Shown in pieces: positions 38,887 to 46,903 of a stretch of DNA of 64,000 nucleotides; position 1 is the first letter of the stretch, and every line of letters begins with the position of its first letter. The position numbers and the translations under genes are program-made. Below the pieces are notes generated by a model. It had not been told where the DNA came from, did no database searches, and saw only the letters and a list, made by a program, of their open reading frames with translations. The DNA is from Bacteroidales bacterium (lineage in GTDB: Bacteria > Bacteroidota > Bacteroidia > Bacteroidales > WCHB1-69), in assembly GCA_047638115.1 (NCBI GenBank), contig JBLJBB010000006.1, positions 10,247 to 74,246 on the forward strand, given 5' to 3'.

Positions 38887-40067
38887 AGGCATTCCGCAAT
38901 TTTCTCAAAAGTTCTTTCAATATGCATATCCAATCCAACAGAGAAGCGGATTAAACCTTCTGACATGCCCATCTCTTTTTGTACATCCTCTGGGATCTCT
39001 GATGAGGTTGATTTTCCAGAATTACTGAATAAAGTTTTGAAATACCCTAAGCTTACCGCTAAATATCCAACATCTGCATGTTGCATTTTTTCCATCACTT
39101 CAAAAGAGCGTTTTTCAGTTCCTAAGTCGATAGCAATCATACCACCAAAACCATAATCTTTGTTCATTAATGATTTTAAAAGTTCATGATCTTGATGCTC
39201 TGGCATACCAGGATAATTGAATTTTAAACCGATCTCTTTGAATCTTTCAGCCAGATACATGGCATTTTTGCTGTGTTGCATCATGCGAATATGAAGGGTG
39301 TGTAAGTTTTTCAAAATAGCTGAAGACAATTTTGGATCTAACACAGGCCCTAATAACATTGCGGTTCCTGAGTTTACATCAATTAGACTGTTAATAAATT
39401 CGTGAGTTGAGCAGATAGCACCGGCAACGCAATCATTTTTACCATTGATAAATTTGGTCATACTATACACCACAACATCCACACCATGGTTGGCAGGAGT
39501 AACGATTAAAGGAGTAAAAGTATTGTCAACTACTAGTTTAGCATTGTTTTCGTGTGCAATTTTAGATAAATTAGGAAGGTCAGCAATACGAAGCAAAGGG
39601 TTGCTCATGGTTTCGGTATAGAGCATTTTTGTATTTGGGCGGATCGCTTTTTTAACGGCATCCAAATCGTTCATATCCAAAAATGTAACCTCAATTTTAA
39701 ATTTTGGCAGGTAGTTTTTCATAAAAGCGAAAGTTCCACCATAAGTAGTCATACTGGCCACGATATGATCTCCAGCACTACAAATTTGAAGAATTGCGCA
39801 AGTTATGGCACCCATTCCTGAACCTGTCACCCAAGCGGATTCAGTATTTTCCATAGCTGCCAATGCATCTGACAAATATTTATTACTTGGATTCCAGTGT
39901 CTGGAGTATAAATAGCACCCTTCAGTTTCACCGTGGAAAGTATCAGTCATGGTATGAGCTTCCATGAAAGTAAAAGTAGCAGAATCTGTTACAGAAGGAT
40001 TTACACCACCAAATTCACCGAATTGTCTTAAGTCTTGAATCGCATTTGAAGGATCAAAATTTTTCAT
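38880..40067 (-). CDS. Cys/Met-metabolism PLP-dependent enzyme (methionine gamma-lyase / trans-sulfuration family)
   Basis: PLP-lysine context VVYSMTKFINGKND, 395 aa, family-typical N-terminus. GKND replaces the more usual GH(S/T)D, so the exact activity is uncertain. Confidence 0.7.
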   Translation of the reverse strand: MKNFDPSNAIQDLRQFGEFGGVNPSVTDSATFTFMEAHTMTDTFHGETEGCYLYSRHWNPSNKYLSDALAAMENTESAWVTGSGMGAITCAILQICSAGDHIVASMTTYGGTFAFMKNYLPKFKIEVTFLDMNDLDAVKKAIRPNTKMLYTETMSNPLLRIADLPNLSKIAHENNAKLVVDNTFTPLIVTPANHGVDVVVYSMTKFINGKNDCVAGAICSTHEFINSLIDVNSGTAMLLGPVLDPKLSSAILKNLHTLHIRMMQHSKNAMYLAERFKEIGLKFNYPGMPEHQDHELLKSLMNKDYGFGGMIAIDLGTEKRSFEVMEKMQHADVGYLAVSLGYFKTLFSNSGKSTSSEIPEDVQKEMGMSEGLIRFSVGLDMHIERTFEKIAECLK

Positions 40068-40111
40068 AATTGCTTATATTTTAAATGTTTATTGATTTCT
40101 AATTCACGCGG

Positions 40112-40119
40112 CAAAAATA
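40112..40119 (-). promoter_or_regulatory. -7 box TATTTTTG (minus strand) upstream of the PLP-dependent Cys/Met enzyme
   Basis: Plus-strand CAAAAATA; 44 nt upstream of ATG 40067. Confidence 0.4.
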
Positions 40120-40167
40120 CGTATTTTTCTGTATCGCTTTCCTTATTATTTGTTAAAAAAGATATAA

Positions 40168-40346
40168 GGTTTTAGGTTTTAGTTTTTTTATAATTTAATT
40201 AACCACAAAGTACGCAAAGAACTTTCGCAAAGCTCGCAAAGCAATAATAAGCCACTAATTCACAAATGAAATACAAATTAACGATAGCTGAAAGCTGATA
40301 GCTTAAATTGCACACAGATGACACAGATGAAACAGATTTTCACAAA
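40168..40346. repeat. mosaic intergenic repeat element (copy 1)
   Basis: Modules GGTTTTAGGTTTTAG, (CGCAAAG)-word block, CACAAATGAAATACAAAT, GCTGAAAGCTGATAGCT, ACAGATGA words. 40257-40312 is identical (56/56 nt) to 45582-45637. Confidence 0.9.
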
Positions 40347-40958
40347 TCAATTTTTGTTAAATGTTTGAATTAAACTATCAACAAGTGATTCTGTGCAGTT
40401 GTTGCCTGAATAAATTAACTTTGAATCGTAATAGAAATAGTATGATGACCATCTTTTGCTTGAAGTTATTTCATTATAAAACTTTGTTACAACATTTTTT
40501 CGTTGATCTCCATAATTAGCTTTATCATATTTTATAACGTATAGTTGCTTGTTGTATTCAGAAGTCTTATGGCTTAATTTTATATCTTCTAAATCATAAG
40601 TTTCACTAATAATTATAAAATTCAAGTTCCATTTTTTGAATTTTTCTTCCAAATTTGAATAATAGTTTAAGTTTTCACAACTTGTACTTTTACAATAAGG
40701 CACCCAACTATAAATACAAACAAATTTATGGTTTTGAATAACATCCTTCACATTATCAGAAGTGATCTCTTCTACTTTCAAATTTTGTTCAGTGTAATTG
40801 ACAGTTTTAAAGAGATTTGTATAATTAAATGGAACAAAATGAAGTTTTTCTAATTCAGAAAGTTTGTAATAATTAATATTTAATCCCTGCACTACGCAAG
40901 AAGTTAATATAATTGAAAGTATGATTTTAAGGAGATGTTTTAACAAGAATTTCTGCAT
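40347..40958 (-). CDS. hypothetical lipoprotein (possible thioredoxin-fold remnant)
   Basis: Lipobox ILTSCVV. Segment FVCIYSWVPYCKSTSC loosely recalls a thioredoxin-type WxxC site. Own TATATTTG box at 40992-40999 (minus). No family recognised. Confidence 0.45.
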   Translation of the reverse strand: MQKFLLKHLLKIILSIILTSCVVQGLNINYYKLSELEKLHFVPFNYTNLFKTVNYTEQNLKVEEITSDNVKDVIQNHKFVCIYSWVPYCKSTSCENLNYYSNLEEKFKKWNLNFIIISETYDLEDIKLSHKTSEYNKQLYVIKYDKANYGDQRKNVVTKFYNEITSSKRWSSYYFYYDSKLIYSGNNCTESLVDSLIQTFNKN

Positions 40959-40991
40959 TTTTAGGATTAATATTATTTTTGCAAATATAAC

Positions 40992-40999
40992 AAAAAAGG
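40992..40999 (-). promoter_or_regulatory. -7 box TATATTTG (minus strand) upstream of lipoprotein gene 40347..40958
   Basis: Plus-strand CAAATATA; 33 nt upstream of ATG 40958. Lies inside a 19-nt string (40988-41006) repeated exactly at 42569-42587. Confidence 0.4.
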
Positions 41000-41111
41000 A
41001 ATAAAATCAATAACTTATTTTTTTTGAGTAGAACAAAAAACGGCAATACATAGTTATATCTCTGAGCTAAATAAATCGACTTATCTAATAAATATAAAAA
41101 AAAGGGACTTA

Positions 41112-41120
41112 CCCCCCCCC
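41112..41120. repeat. homopolymer C9 (G9 on the minus strand)
   Basis: Nine consecutive C in an AT-rich intergenic stretch between genes 41192..41404 and 40347..40958. Confidence 0.9.
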
Positions 41121-41191
41121 TTTTCATAAATAAGAATTTACTACAAAGTAACATATAGCTATTAAAAAGTACCACAGATAAACGACTTTTA

Positions 41192-41404
41192 TTAATTGTT
41201 CTTTTTGGTTTTTGCAATAATTAAAAATGTAGGGTATAAAAGAGCAAAAAAAGGTAATAATAAGGCCATAGTTATTTCAAATGAAGTAAAAGCCCCATTC
41301 GGAACATCTTTAAACCCTAAATATGAAGTAGCTACCAAGTATCCAAAAACTCCTACAAAGTAAATAACAAAAATTAATATAAATGCAATAGTTCTTTTTT
41401 TCAT
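41192..41404 (-). CDS. small two-TM membrane protein, hypothetical
   Basis: 70 aa with two hydrophobic helices. Starts 5 nt downstream of the stop of the 279-aa gene on the same strand. Confidence 0.4.
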   Translation of the reverse strand: MKKRTIAFILIFVIYFVGVFGYLVATSYLGFKDVPNGAFTSFEITMALLLPFFALLYPTFLIIAKTKKNN

Positions 41405-41408
41405 ACAC

Positions 41409-42248
41409 TTAACTTCTAAAATATATAAAAAACGCAGTTATTCCAGATGAAATGACTGATTCCCCAAAAGTGATATATAAAGCAGCCCAAGCTGCAGGAC
41501 CTGAAATTATCCCCGCAACAGCAACGCTAACCGCAATTCCAAGCATACCTACTCCTGCAGAACAACCATCTGCTATTAAAGCCTCTCCAACAACTTTTTT
41601 AACTGATGGACGAGGTTTTTTATCAAAGTTAAAATAATTAGTTTCAATTTTTTGTAATACACTATAACCAATACCTGAACCTCCTAGGTCTTCGGGAGCC
41701 CAAAATTGTGCTGAATATTTCATTGTAGACGTTATTGATAATAAAATATCAATTTCTTGTCCTTGCAATTCTGTTTTAAATATATTTTCAATTGTAATTA
41801 TTTGATTTGTAAAACTTAACACATCTTCAAATGTTTCTGCTTCTTCAATTATCTGATATAGAAAAAGATTAGCTTCAGAGGATAAGTTTTCAGCAAGATT
41901 TGAAATCATTTCGGTATTATCTGTTCTCACTTTTAAATTTTGCAGTTGTATAGAGTATGTTGCTTCATATTTCTGAAATTCTTCAAAAAACTCATCTTCA
42001 AAACTAGAAGAAGTATAGTCAAATTGACTAAAACATTTTTGCAATAATTCATTATGTAATAACCCAATTGTATCAATTTGACTATCAGTATATATACGTT
42101 GATTTGTTAATGCGATTTTATTTTCATTTTGCTGATATTGGGAATTAGTTGCAAAATTGTCTACATTATTCTCTTGTTTTTGACAACCTGCAAAAACAAG
42201 CATTAAAATTACCATTAAAAGTTGTGTTTTTGAAATTATTTTATTCAT
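41409..42248 (-). CDS. hypothetical lipoprotein with C-terminal Gly/Ala-rich hydrophobic (glycine-zipper-like) domain
   Basis: Lipobox VFAGCQKQ. Helical middle region. C-terminus GCSAGVGMLGIAVSVAVAGIISGPAAWAALYITFGESVISSGITAFFIYF. Confidence 0.5.
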   Translation of the reverse strand: MNKIISKTQLLMVILMLVFAGCQKQENNVDNFATNSQYQQNENKIALTNQRIYTDSQIDTIGLLHNELLQKCFSQFDYTSSSFEDEFFEEFQKYEATYSIQLQNLKVRTDNTEMISNLAENLSSEANLFLYQIIEEAETFEDVLSFTNQIITIENIFKTELQGQEIDILLSITSTMKYSAQFWAPEDLGGSGIGYSVLQKIETNYFNFDKKPRPSVKKVVGEALIADGCSAGVGMLGIAVSVAVAGIISGPAAWAALYITFGESVISSGITAFFIYFRS

Positions 42249-42442
42249 TTTTCTATTTATTTATGTTGATTAATTTATTTATTTATTTTCCTTGTGATTT
42301 TGTCTGTTTTTCCAACAGACTGGAATTCACGTAAAAGGAATCAAATAATATAATTCATAAATATTGTGTTTTTGCTTAAATGTAAAATCCTTTACTAAAA
42401 AAGTAATTGGAGTGATAGTAAATTTTCTTTCGTACAAGATGA

Positions 42443-42484
42443 ATACATACATACATACATACATACATACATACATACATACAT
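42443..42484. repeat. tetranucleotide microsatellite (ATAC)x10
   Basis: Counted by hand. Lies upstream of minus-strand gene 41409..42248. Confidence 0.95.
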
Positions 42485-42572
42485 CTTTTCAGCTAAATTT
42501 TGAAAGATTGTTTTAATATTCATCAATATAATTTGCTTTTTCTTTTTACTTTTTCTCTCATCAGTTACTTTG

Positions 42573-42580
42573 CAAATATA
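42573..42580 (-). promoter_or_regulatory. -7 box TATATTTG (minus strand) about 325 nt upstream of gene 41409..42248
   Basis: Same 19-nt string as at 40988-41006. The (GTAT)10 microsatellite lies between it and the ATG at 42248. Confidence 0.3.
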
Positions 42581-42753
42581 ACAAAAATTGGAATAAAAAC
42601 ATTAAAATGGAATAAAATATTTAAGATAATTGTAAAACAATGATTTACAATTCAATAAAATTTTCTATAATGATATTTTAGTAATTTTAGATACTTCTAA
42701 CATTGGAAAAAGTCCTTATTTTCCACAACTTTTGCTAAATTATTTTAAAAACT

Positions 42754-43037
42754 ATTGCCCTCTACTTTTGTGCAGGACAATTTTGAATAAGAATTAACCA
42801 CAGATTTAAATAAGAATTAACCACAGAGTAACACTGAGTTATAAAAGATTTACACAGAGTTAATTTGACCTAATTTTTCAATTTCACAACACTGTGAAAC
42901 ACCTTTTAACACTGTGTTACTCTGTGATCATTTCTTATTATCAAATTCTCAAAACCCTAACCGCAAAGAACGCCAAGAAAAATTTTCTAATTTTCAAATT
43001 AGCTTATTAGCTCATTATCACATTAGCTCATTATTTC
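42754..43037. repeat. mosaic intergenic repeat element (copy 2) ending in an ATTAGCTY octamer array (42998-43037)
   Basis: Hairpin module ATTGCCCTCTACTTTTGTGCAGGACAAT, TTGAATAAGAATTAACCACAGAG words, AACACTGTGAAACACCTTTTAACACTGTG..CTCTGTGATCATTT, CTCAAAACCCTAACCGCAAAGA. Colinear with 45307-45545. The 24-nt tail ATTATCACATTAGCTCATTATTTC is identical to 38863-38886. Confidence 0.9.
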
Positions 43038-43038
43038 G

Positions 43039-43046
43039 TATTTTTG
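43039..43046 (+). promoter_or_regulatory. -7 box TATTTTTG upstream of DPP-IV
   Basis: TAnnTTTG 18 nt upstream of ATG 43065, immediately after the ATTAGCTY octamer array. Confidence 0.45.
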
Positions 43047-43064
43047 CACACTTAAATTAAAAAT

Positions 43065-45248
43065 ATGAAAAAAATTGCTTTACTATTGGTTTTTGGAATC
43101 TCACTTTTGTTCTCCTTTGCACAAAATAAACAGATCACTGTGGAAGATATCTGGAAAAATAGAACCTTTGCTCCAGATTTTGTACCAGGGTTTCAATCGA
43201 TGCCCCTCTCAGATTGTTATACTACCGTGACCCGATCGGGTATCGATAAACATCAATTCTCTACAGGGGAGTTCGTTGCGACTTTGTTAAAAAGTACGCG
43301 TCTCTCGGAACTTACGCAAGGAAGACTCAATATTCGTTCTGTAGATGATTTCTCTTTTGATGCAGCTGAACAAAAGATATTACTAGCCATTGATGTGGAG
43401 ATGATCTACCGCAGAAGCTCTAAAGCGTTCCATTATGTGTATGATATTGCGAAAGATACCCTTATTCTTGTTGCCGATACAGCGAAAGGGAAACAATCAT
43501 TTGCAACCTTTTCTCCTAAAGGGGATAAAATTGCATTCGTGAGAGATAACAACCTATTTATGACCGATTTGACCACTGGTAAAGAGACCCAAATCACTTT
43601 TGATGGGAAACAAAACAGCATCATCAATGGGATGGCAGATTGGGTGTATGAAGAGGAACTAGAACTCTCTCAGGCATTTGTGTGGTCGCCAGATGGTACA
43701 AAAATTGGGTATCACCGCTTTGATGAGTCTAACGTTAAAGAGTTCTCTATGACACTGTGGGGCGAGCTCTATCCTGAAGAATACAAATATAAGTATCCTA
43801 AACCAGGAGAAGCCAATTCTAAAATTTCTATGTTTTATTATGATTTAATCACCCAAAAATCGTATGATCTTGGCTTTGATAAAGAGGAGGATTGCTATTA
43901 CCCACGTATGATGTGGAGCAATATTCCTAATCAATTAGTGGTGGTAAAGTTAAACCGCGATCAAACTCGCATGGAATTTTTTGCTATGGATCTTCCTAAA
44001 ACAGATAAAAAAGTGATCTATGTGGAAAAGTTGTCCGTTTGGATCGATCTTCCTGAAGAGATTTTATTTTTAGATGATCAAAAAAGATTTCTATTTACTT
44101 CTGAAAAAGATGGATACAGACATATTTATATCTCTGACTTTAACAATGCCATTACTCAAATCACTACGGGAAATTGGGAAGTGGCTTCTATCGTATATAT
44201 TGATCAAAAAGAGAAAAAGATCTATTACCTCTCTAACGAATCGGGAATCTATAACCGCGATTTGTATGTGATTAACTTCGATGGTAAGAAAAAGCAGTTG
44301 TTGTCCTCTGGAAATGGATGGTCAACTGCAGAATTTAGCACAACGGGAAGTTATTACAAACTCTCCACTTCAGATATGAATACGCCTCCTGTTCACGCTA
44401 TATTTGACCGCAAAGGGAAGCAAATGAGAGTGTTAGCAGATAACAGTGCATTGAAATCCAAAATGAAAGAGTACAATTTCTCAAAAAAGGAGATGATCAG
44501 TTTCACTACTTCAGATAATGTTACATTGTATGGTTGGATGATAAAACCAGCCAATTTCGAACCAACACAAAAATATCCTGTTTTAATGTATTGCTACGGG
44601 GGACCAGGATCTCAAGAGGTGATGAATGGCATGCGAAGAATGAATGATGATATCTGGTACCAGATGTTGGCCCAAAAAGGGTATATTGTGGTTTGTGTGG
44701 ATGGAAGAGGCACTGCAGCACGTGGGTCTGATTTCAAAAAACAAGTGTATCGCGATATGGGTAAAATAGAAACTGAAGATCAGATCAACACCGCAAAATA
44801 CTTACAATCTTTATCTTATGTCGATGGAAAAAGGATTGGTATTTGGGGTTGGAGTTTTGGGGGCTACCTTTCCACTTTGGCAATGATGAAAGGGGAGGGG
44901 ATCTTTAAAACCACCATTGCGGTTGCCCCTGTTACCAATTGGCGCTATTACGACAATATCTATACCGAACGTTTTTTGACCACTCCTGCTCAAAATCCAA
45001 AAGGGTATGATGACAATTCCCCGATTTTCTTTGCAGATAAAGCAACTGGAAAATACCTATTGGTACACGGTACAGCCGATGATAATGTCCATTTTCAAAA
45101 TGCTATGGAGTTGGTTATGGCCCTCAACGAAGCGGGATTTCAGTATGAGCAGTTCTTTTATCCTAACAAAAACCACTTCATATTTGGTGGGAATACAAGG
45201 TTGCATCTCTATACTAAGTTGACCGATTTTATTTTGAAGAATTTGTAG
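43065..45248 (+). CDS. dipeptidyl-peptidase IV (S9B prolyl oligopeptidase family)
   Basis: DPP-IV N-terminal propeller region (DWVYEEE). Catalytic GWSFGGY, later Asp (GTADDNV) and His (KNHF). Confidence 0.9.
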   Translation: MKKIALLLVFGISLLFSFAQNKQITVEDIWKNRTFAPDFVPGFQSMPLSDCYTTVTRSGIDKHQFSTGEFVATLLKSTRLSELTQGRLNIRSVDDFSFDAAEQKILLAIDVEMIYRRSSKAFHYVYDIAKDTLILVADTAKGKQSFATFSPKGDKIAFVRDNNLFMTDLTTGKETQITFDGKQNSIINGMADWVYEEELELSQAFVWSPDGTKIGYHRFDESNVKEFSMTLWGELYPEEYKYKYPKPGEANSKISMFYYDLITQKSYDLGFDKEEDCYYPRMMWSNIPNQLVVVKLNRDQTRMEFFAMDLPKTDKKVIYVEKLSVWIDLPEEILFLDDQKRFLFTSEKDGYRHIYISDFNNAITQITTGNWEVASIVYIDQKEKKIYYLSNESGIYNRDLYVINFDGKKKQLLSSGNGWSTAEFSTTGSYYKLSTSDMNTPPVHAIFDRKGKQMRVLADNSALKSKMKEYNFSKKEMISFTTSDNVTLYGWMIKPANFEPTQKYPVLMYCYGGPGSQEVMNGMRRMNDDIWYQMLAQKGYIVVCVDGRGTAARGSDFKKQVYRDMGKIETEDQINTAKYLQSLSYVDGKRIGIWGWSFGGYLSTLAMMKGEGIFKTTIAVAPVTNWRYYDNIYTERFLTTPAQNPKGYDDNSPIFFADKATGKYLLVHGTADDNVHFQNAMELVMALNEAGFQYEQFFYPNKNHFIFGGNTRLHLYTKLTDFILKNL

Positions 45249-45250
45249 CA

Positions 45251-45670
45251 AATAGCTATTAGCTATAAGATTTTGGGTTTTAGTTTTTTGGCTTAAAGCA
45301 TTTTCTATTCAATTGCCCTGTACTTTAGTGCAGGGCAATTTTGAATGAGAACTACAATTTTGAATTAGAATGAACCACAATTTTGAATAAGAATTAACCA
45401 CAGAGTTACACAGAGTTAATATGAGTAACATAGAGTTAATGTGTCGATATTAAAGAACACTGTGAAACACCTTTTAACACTGCGAAACTCTGTGATCATT
45501 TTTTGTTATCCAATTCTCAAAACCCTAACCGCAAAGAGCGCAAAGAACTTTCGCAAAGGTCGCAAAGAAATAAAAACCACGAATTCACAAATGAAATACA
45601 AATTAACGATAGCTGAAAGCTGATAGCTTAAATTGCAAACAGAAGATACAGATGAATAAGATTTACACAG
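45251..45670. repeat. mosaic intergenic repeat element (copy 3, the most complete)
   Basis: Contains, in order, the ATAGCTATTAGCT, TTTTGGGTTTTAG, hairpin, CACAGAG, CACTGTG, CGCAAAG, CACAAAT, GCTGAAAGCTGATAGCT and ACAGAWGA modules seen piecemeal at 40168, 42754 and 58390. Confidence 0.9.
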
Positions 45671-45704
45671 TTTTATTGTGTCATGATTTTTCAAAATAAT
45701 TTTC

Positions 45705-45712
45705 TATATTTG
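45705..45712 (+). promoter_or_regulatory. -7 box TATATTTG upstream of the Fic gene
   Basis: TAnnTTTG 60 nt upstream of ATG 45773. Confidence 0.4.
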
Positions 45713-45772
45713 CAACTTATTAATTACAATGTTTTGAATATTAAAAACAGAACTCTTAAAACTTTATCTTCT

Positions 45773-46828
45773 ATGCATAATTTTGATGAATATATTCGAC
45801 AAGGGGAGCCGAACAAAGCTGATAAAGCAAAAGATTGGAAAACAGCTATAGGTTTGCAACAGGTTGACGGATTAAAACCGTCACAATATCTTATTGAAAC
45901 TGCCATTCAAAATATTGAAGGAGAGATTACTATTAATGATGTAATTCAACGAATAGATTCCTATTATACACAACATCCTGTAAAAAACAGTGAAGATCGG
46001 ATAGAAGAGGCGGACAAAGTTTCTGCACGGATTGCAGAAATATTAAGCGAGAAAACATTTACATTTTCCCCAGCTGAATATTTAACTATTCATAAAAGAT
46101 TGTTTCAAGGAGTTTTTAGCCATGCTGGTAAAATTCGTGAGTATAATATTACAAAGCAAGAGTGGGTTTTAAACGGAGAAACAGTTTTGTATGCCAGTGC
46201 TGAAAGCTTAAAAGCAACGTTAGAGTATGACTTTGAACAGGAAAAAAAATTCACTTATAAAGGGTTAACCCAACAAGAAATTATTGAACATATTGCACAA
46301 TTTATCTCTTATTTATGGCAAATTCACATTTTTGGAGAAGGGAATACAAGAACTACAGCAATATTTTTAATCAAATACCTTCGAAAGCTTGGGTTTAAAG
46401 AGGTGAATAACGATATGTTTGCTCTTCACTCTTGGTATTTTCGAAATGCTTTAGTGAGAGCAAATTTCGAAGATTTATCTAGGAATATTCACAAAACCGA
46501 GATCTATCTTATTAGGTTTTTTCAGAACTTGCTTTTTCAGGAACATCATGTTTTGAAAAACCGAGAACTACATATTTTTTATAATTCCTACAAAAATGAC
46601 ACTGTAAAACCGCATAATGACACTGTAAATGAACCTCTATTTTTATTGATAAAACAGAATAGTCAAATTACAACTGTTGAAATGAGTTTTCATATAAATA
46701 AAAGCTTGAGTACAACTAAAAGGAGAATAAAAGAGCTCAGATCTCGAGGTTTAATTGAAAGAGTGGGAAGTGACAAAACAGGATATTGGAGAATCATTAC
46801 CCATAACACAAATTCAAAGGAAGAATAA
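45773..46828 (+). CDS. Fic family protein with N-terminal VbhA-antitoxin-like segment and C-terminal winged-helix domain
   Basis: Fic motif region HIFGEGNTRTTA. N-terminal GEPNKADKAKDWKTAIGLQQVDGLKPSQYL. C-terminal wHTH-like ITTVEMSFHINKSLSTTKRRIKELRSRGLIERVG. Start moved to ATG 45773 because a TATATTTG box (45705-45712) lies inside the longer track ORF. Confidence 0.8.
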   Translation: MHNFDEYIRQGEPNKADKAKDWKTAIGLQQVDGLKPSQYLIETAIQNIEGEITINDVIQRIDSYYTQHPVKNSEDRIEEADKVSARIAEILSEKTFTFSPAEYLTIHKRLFQGVFSHAGKIREYNITKQEWVLNGETVLYASAESLKATLEYDFEQEKKFTYKGLTQQEIIEHIAQFISYLWQIHIFGEGNTRTTAIFLIKYLRKLGFKEVNNDMFALHSWYFRNALVRANFEDLSRNIHKTEIYLIRFFQNLLFQEHHVLKNRELHIFYNSYKNDTVKPHNDTVNEPLFLLIKQNSQITTVEMSFHINKSLSTTKRRIKELRSRGLIERVGSDKTGYWRIITHNTNSKEE

Positions 46829-46847
46829 AAAAAAATGGTTTTTTTTG

Positions 46848-46855
46848 TATTTTTG
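46848..46855 (+). promoter_or_regulatory. -7 box TATTTTTG upstream of the lipoprotein/M48/beta-barrel operon
   Basis: TAnnTTTG 48 nt upstream of ATG 46904. Confidence 0.4.
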
Positions 46856-46903
46856 TAAAATAATTCAACAAGGATTTTTTTTAATCAAAAAATAGAGCAT
46901 AAA

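Noticed and set aside
40068-40346. SAM or other riboswitch upstream of the Cys/Met PLP enzyme, and a T-box or leader upstream of cysS/glnS.
   Set aside because: The region consists of mosaic-repeat modules, and I could not find the conserved SAM-I/II cores. cysS starts 9 nt after the preceding gene, and glnS has only a ~27-nt leader.
40927-41217. 96-aa minus-strand ORF spanning the gap between the 70-aa gene and the 203-aa lipoprotein gene.
   Set aside because: It overlaps both neighbours and contains the G9 tract and the promoter-like 19-mer. The translation looks non-protein-like.
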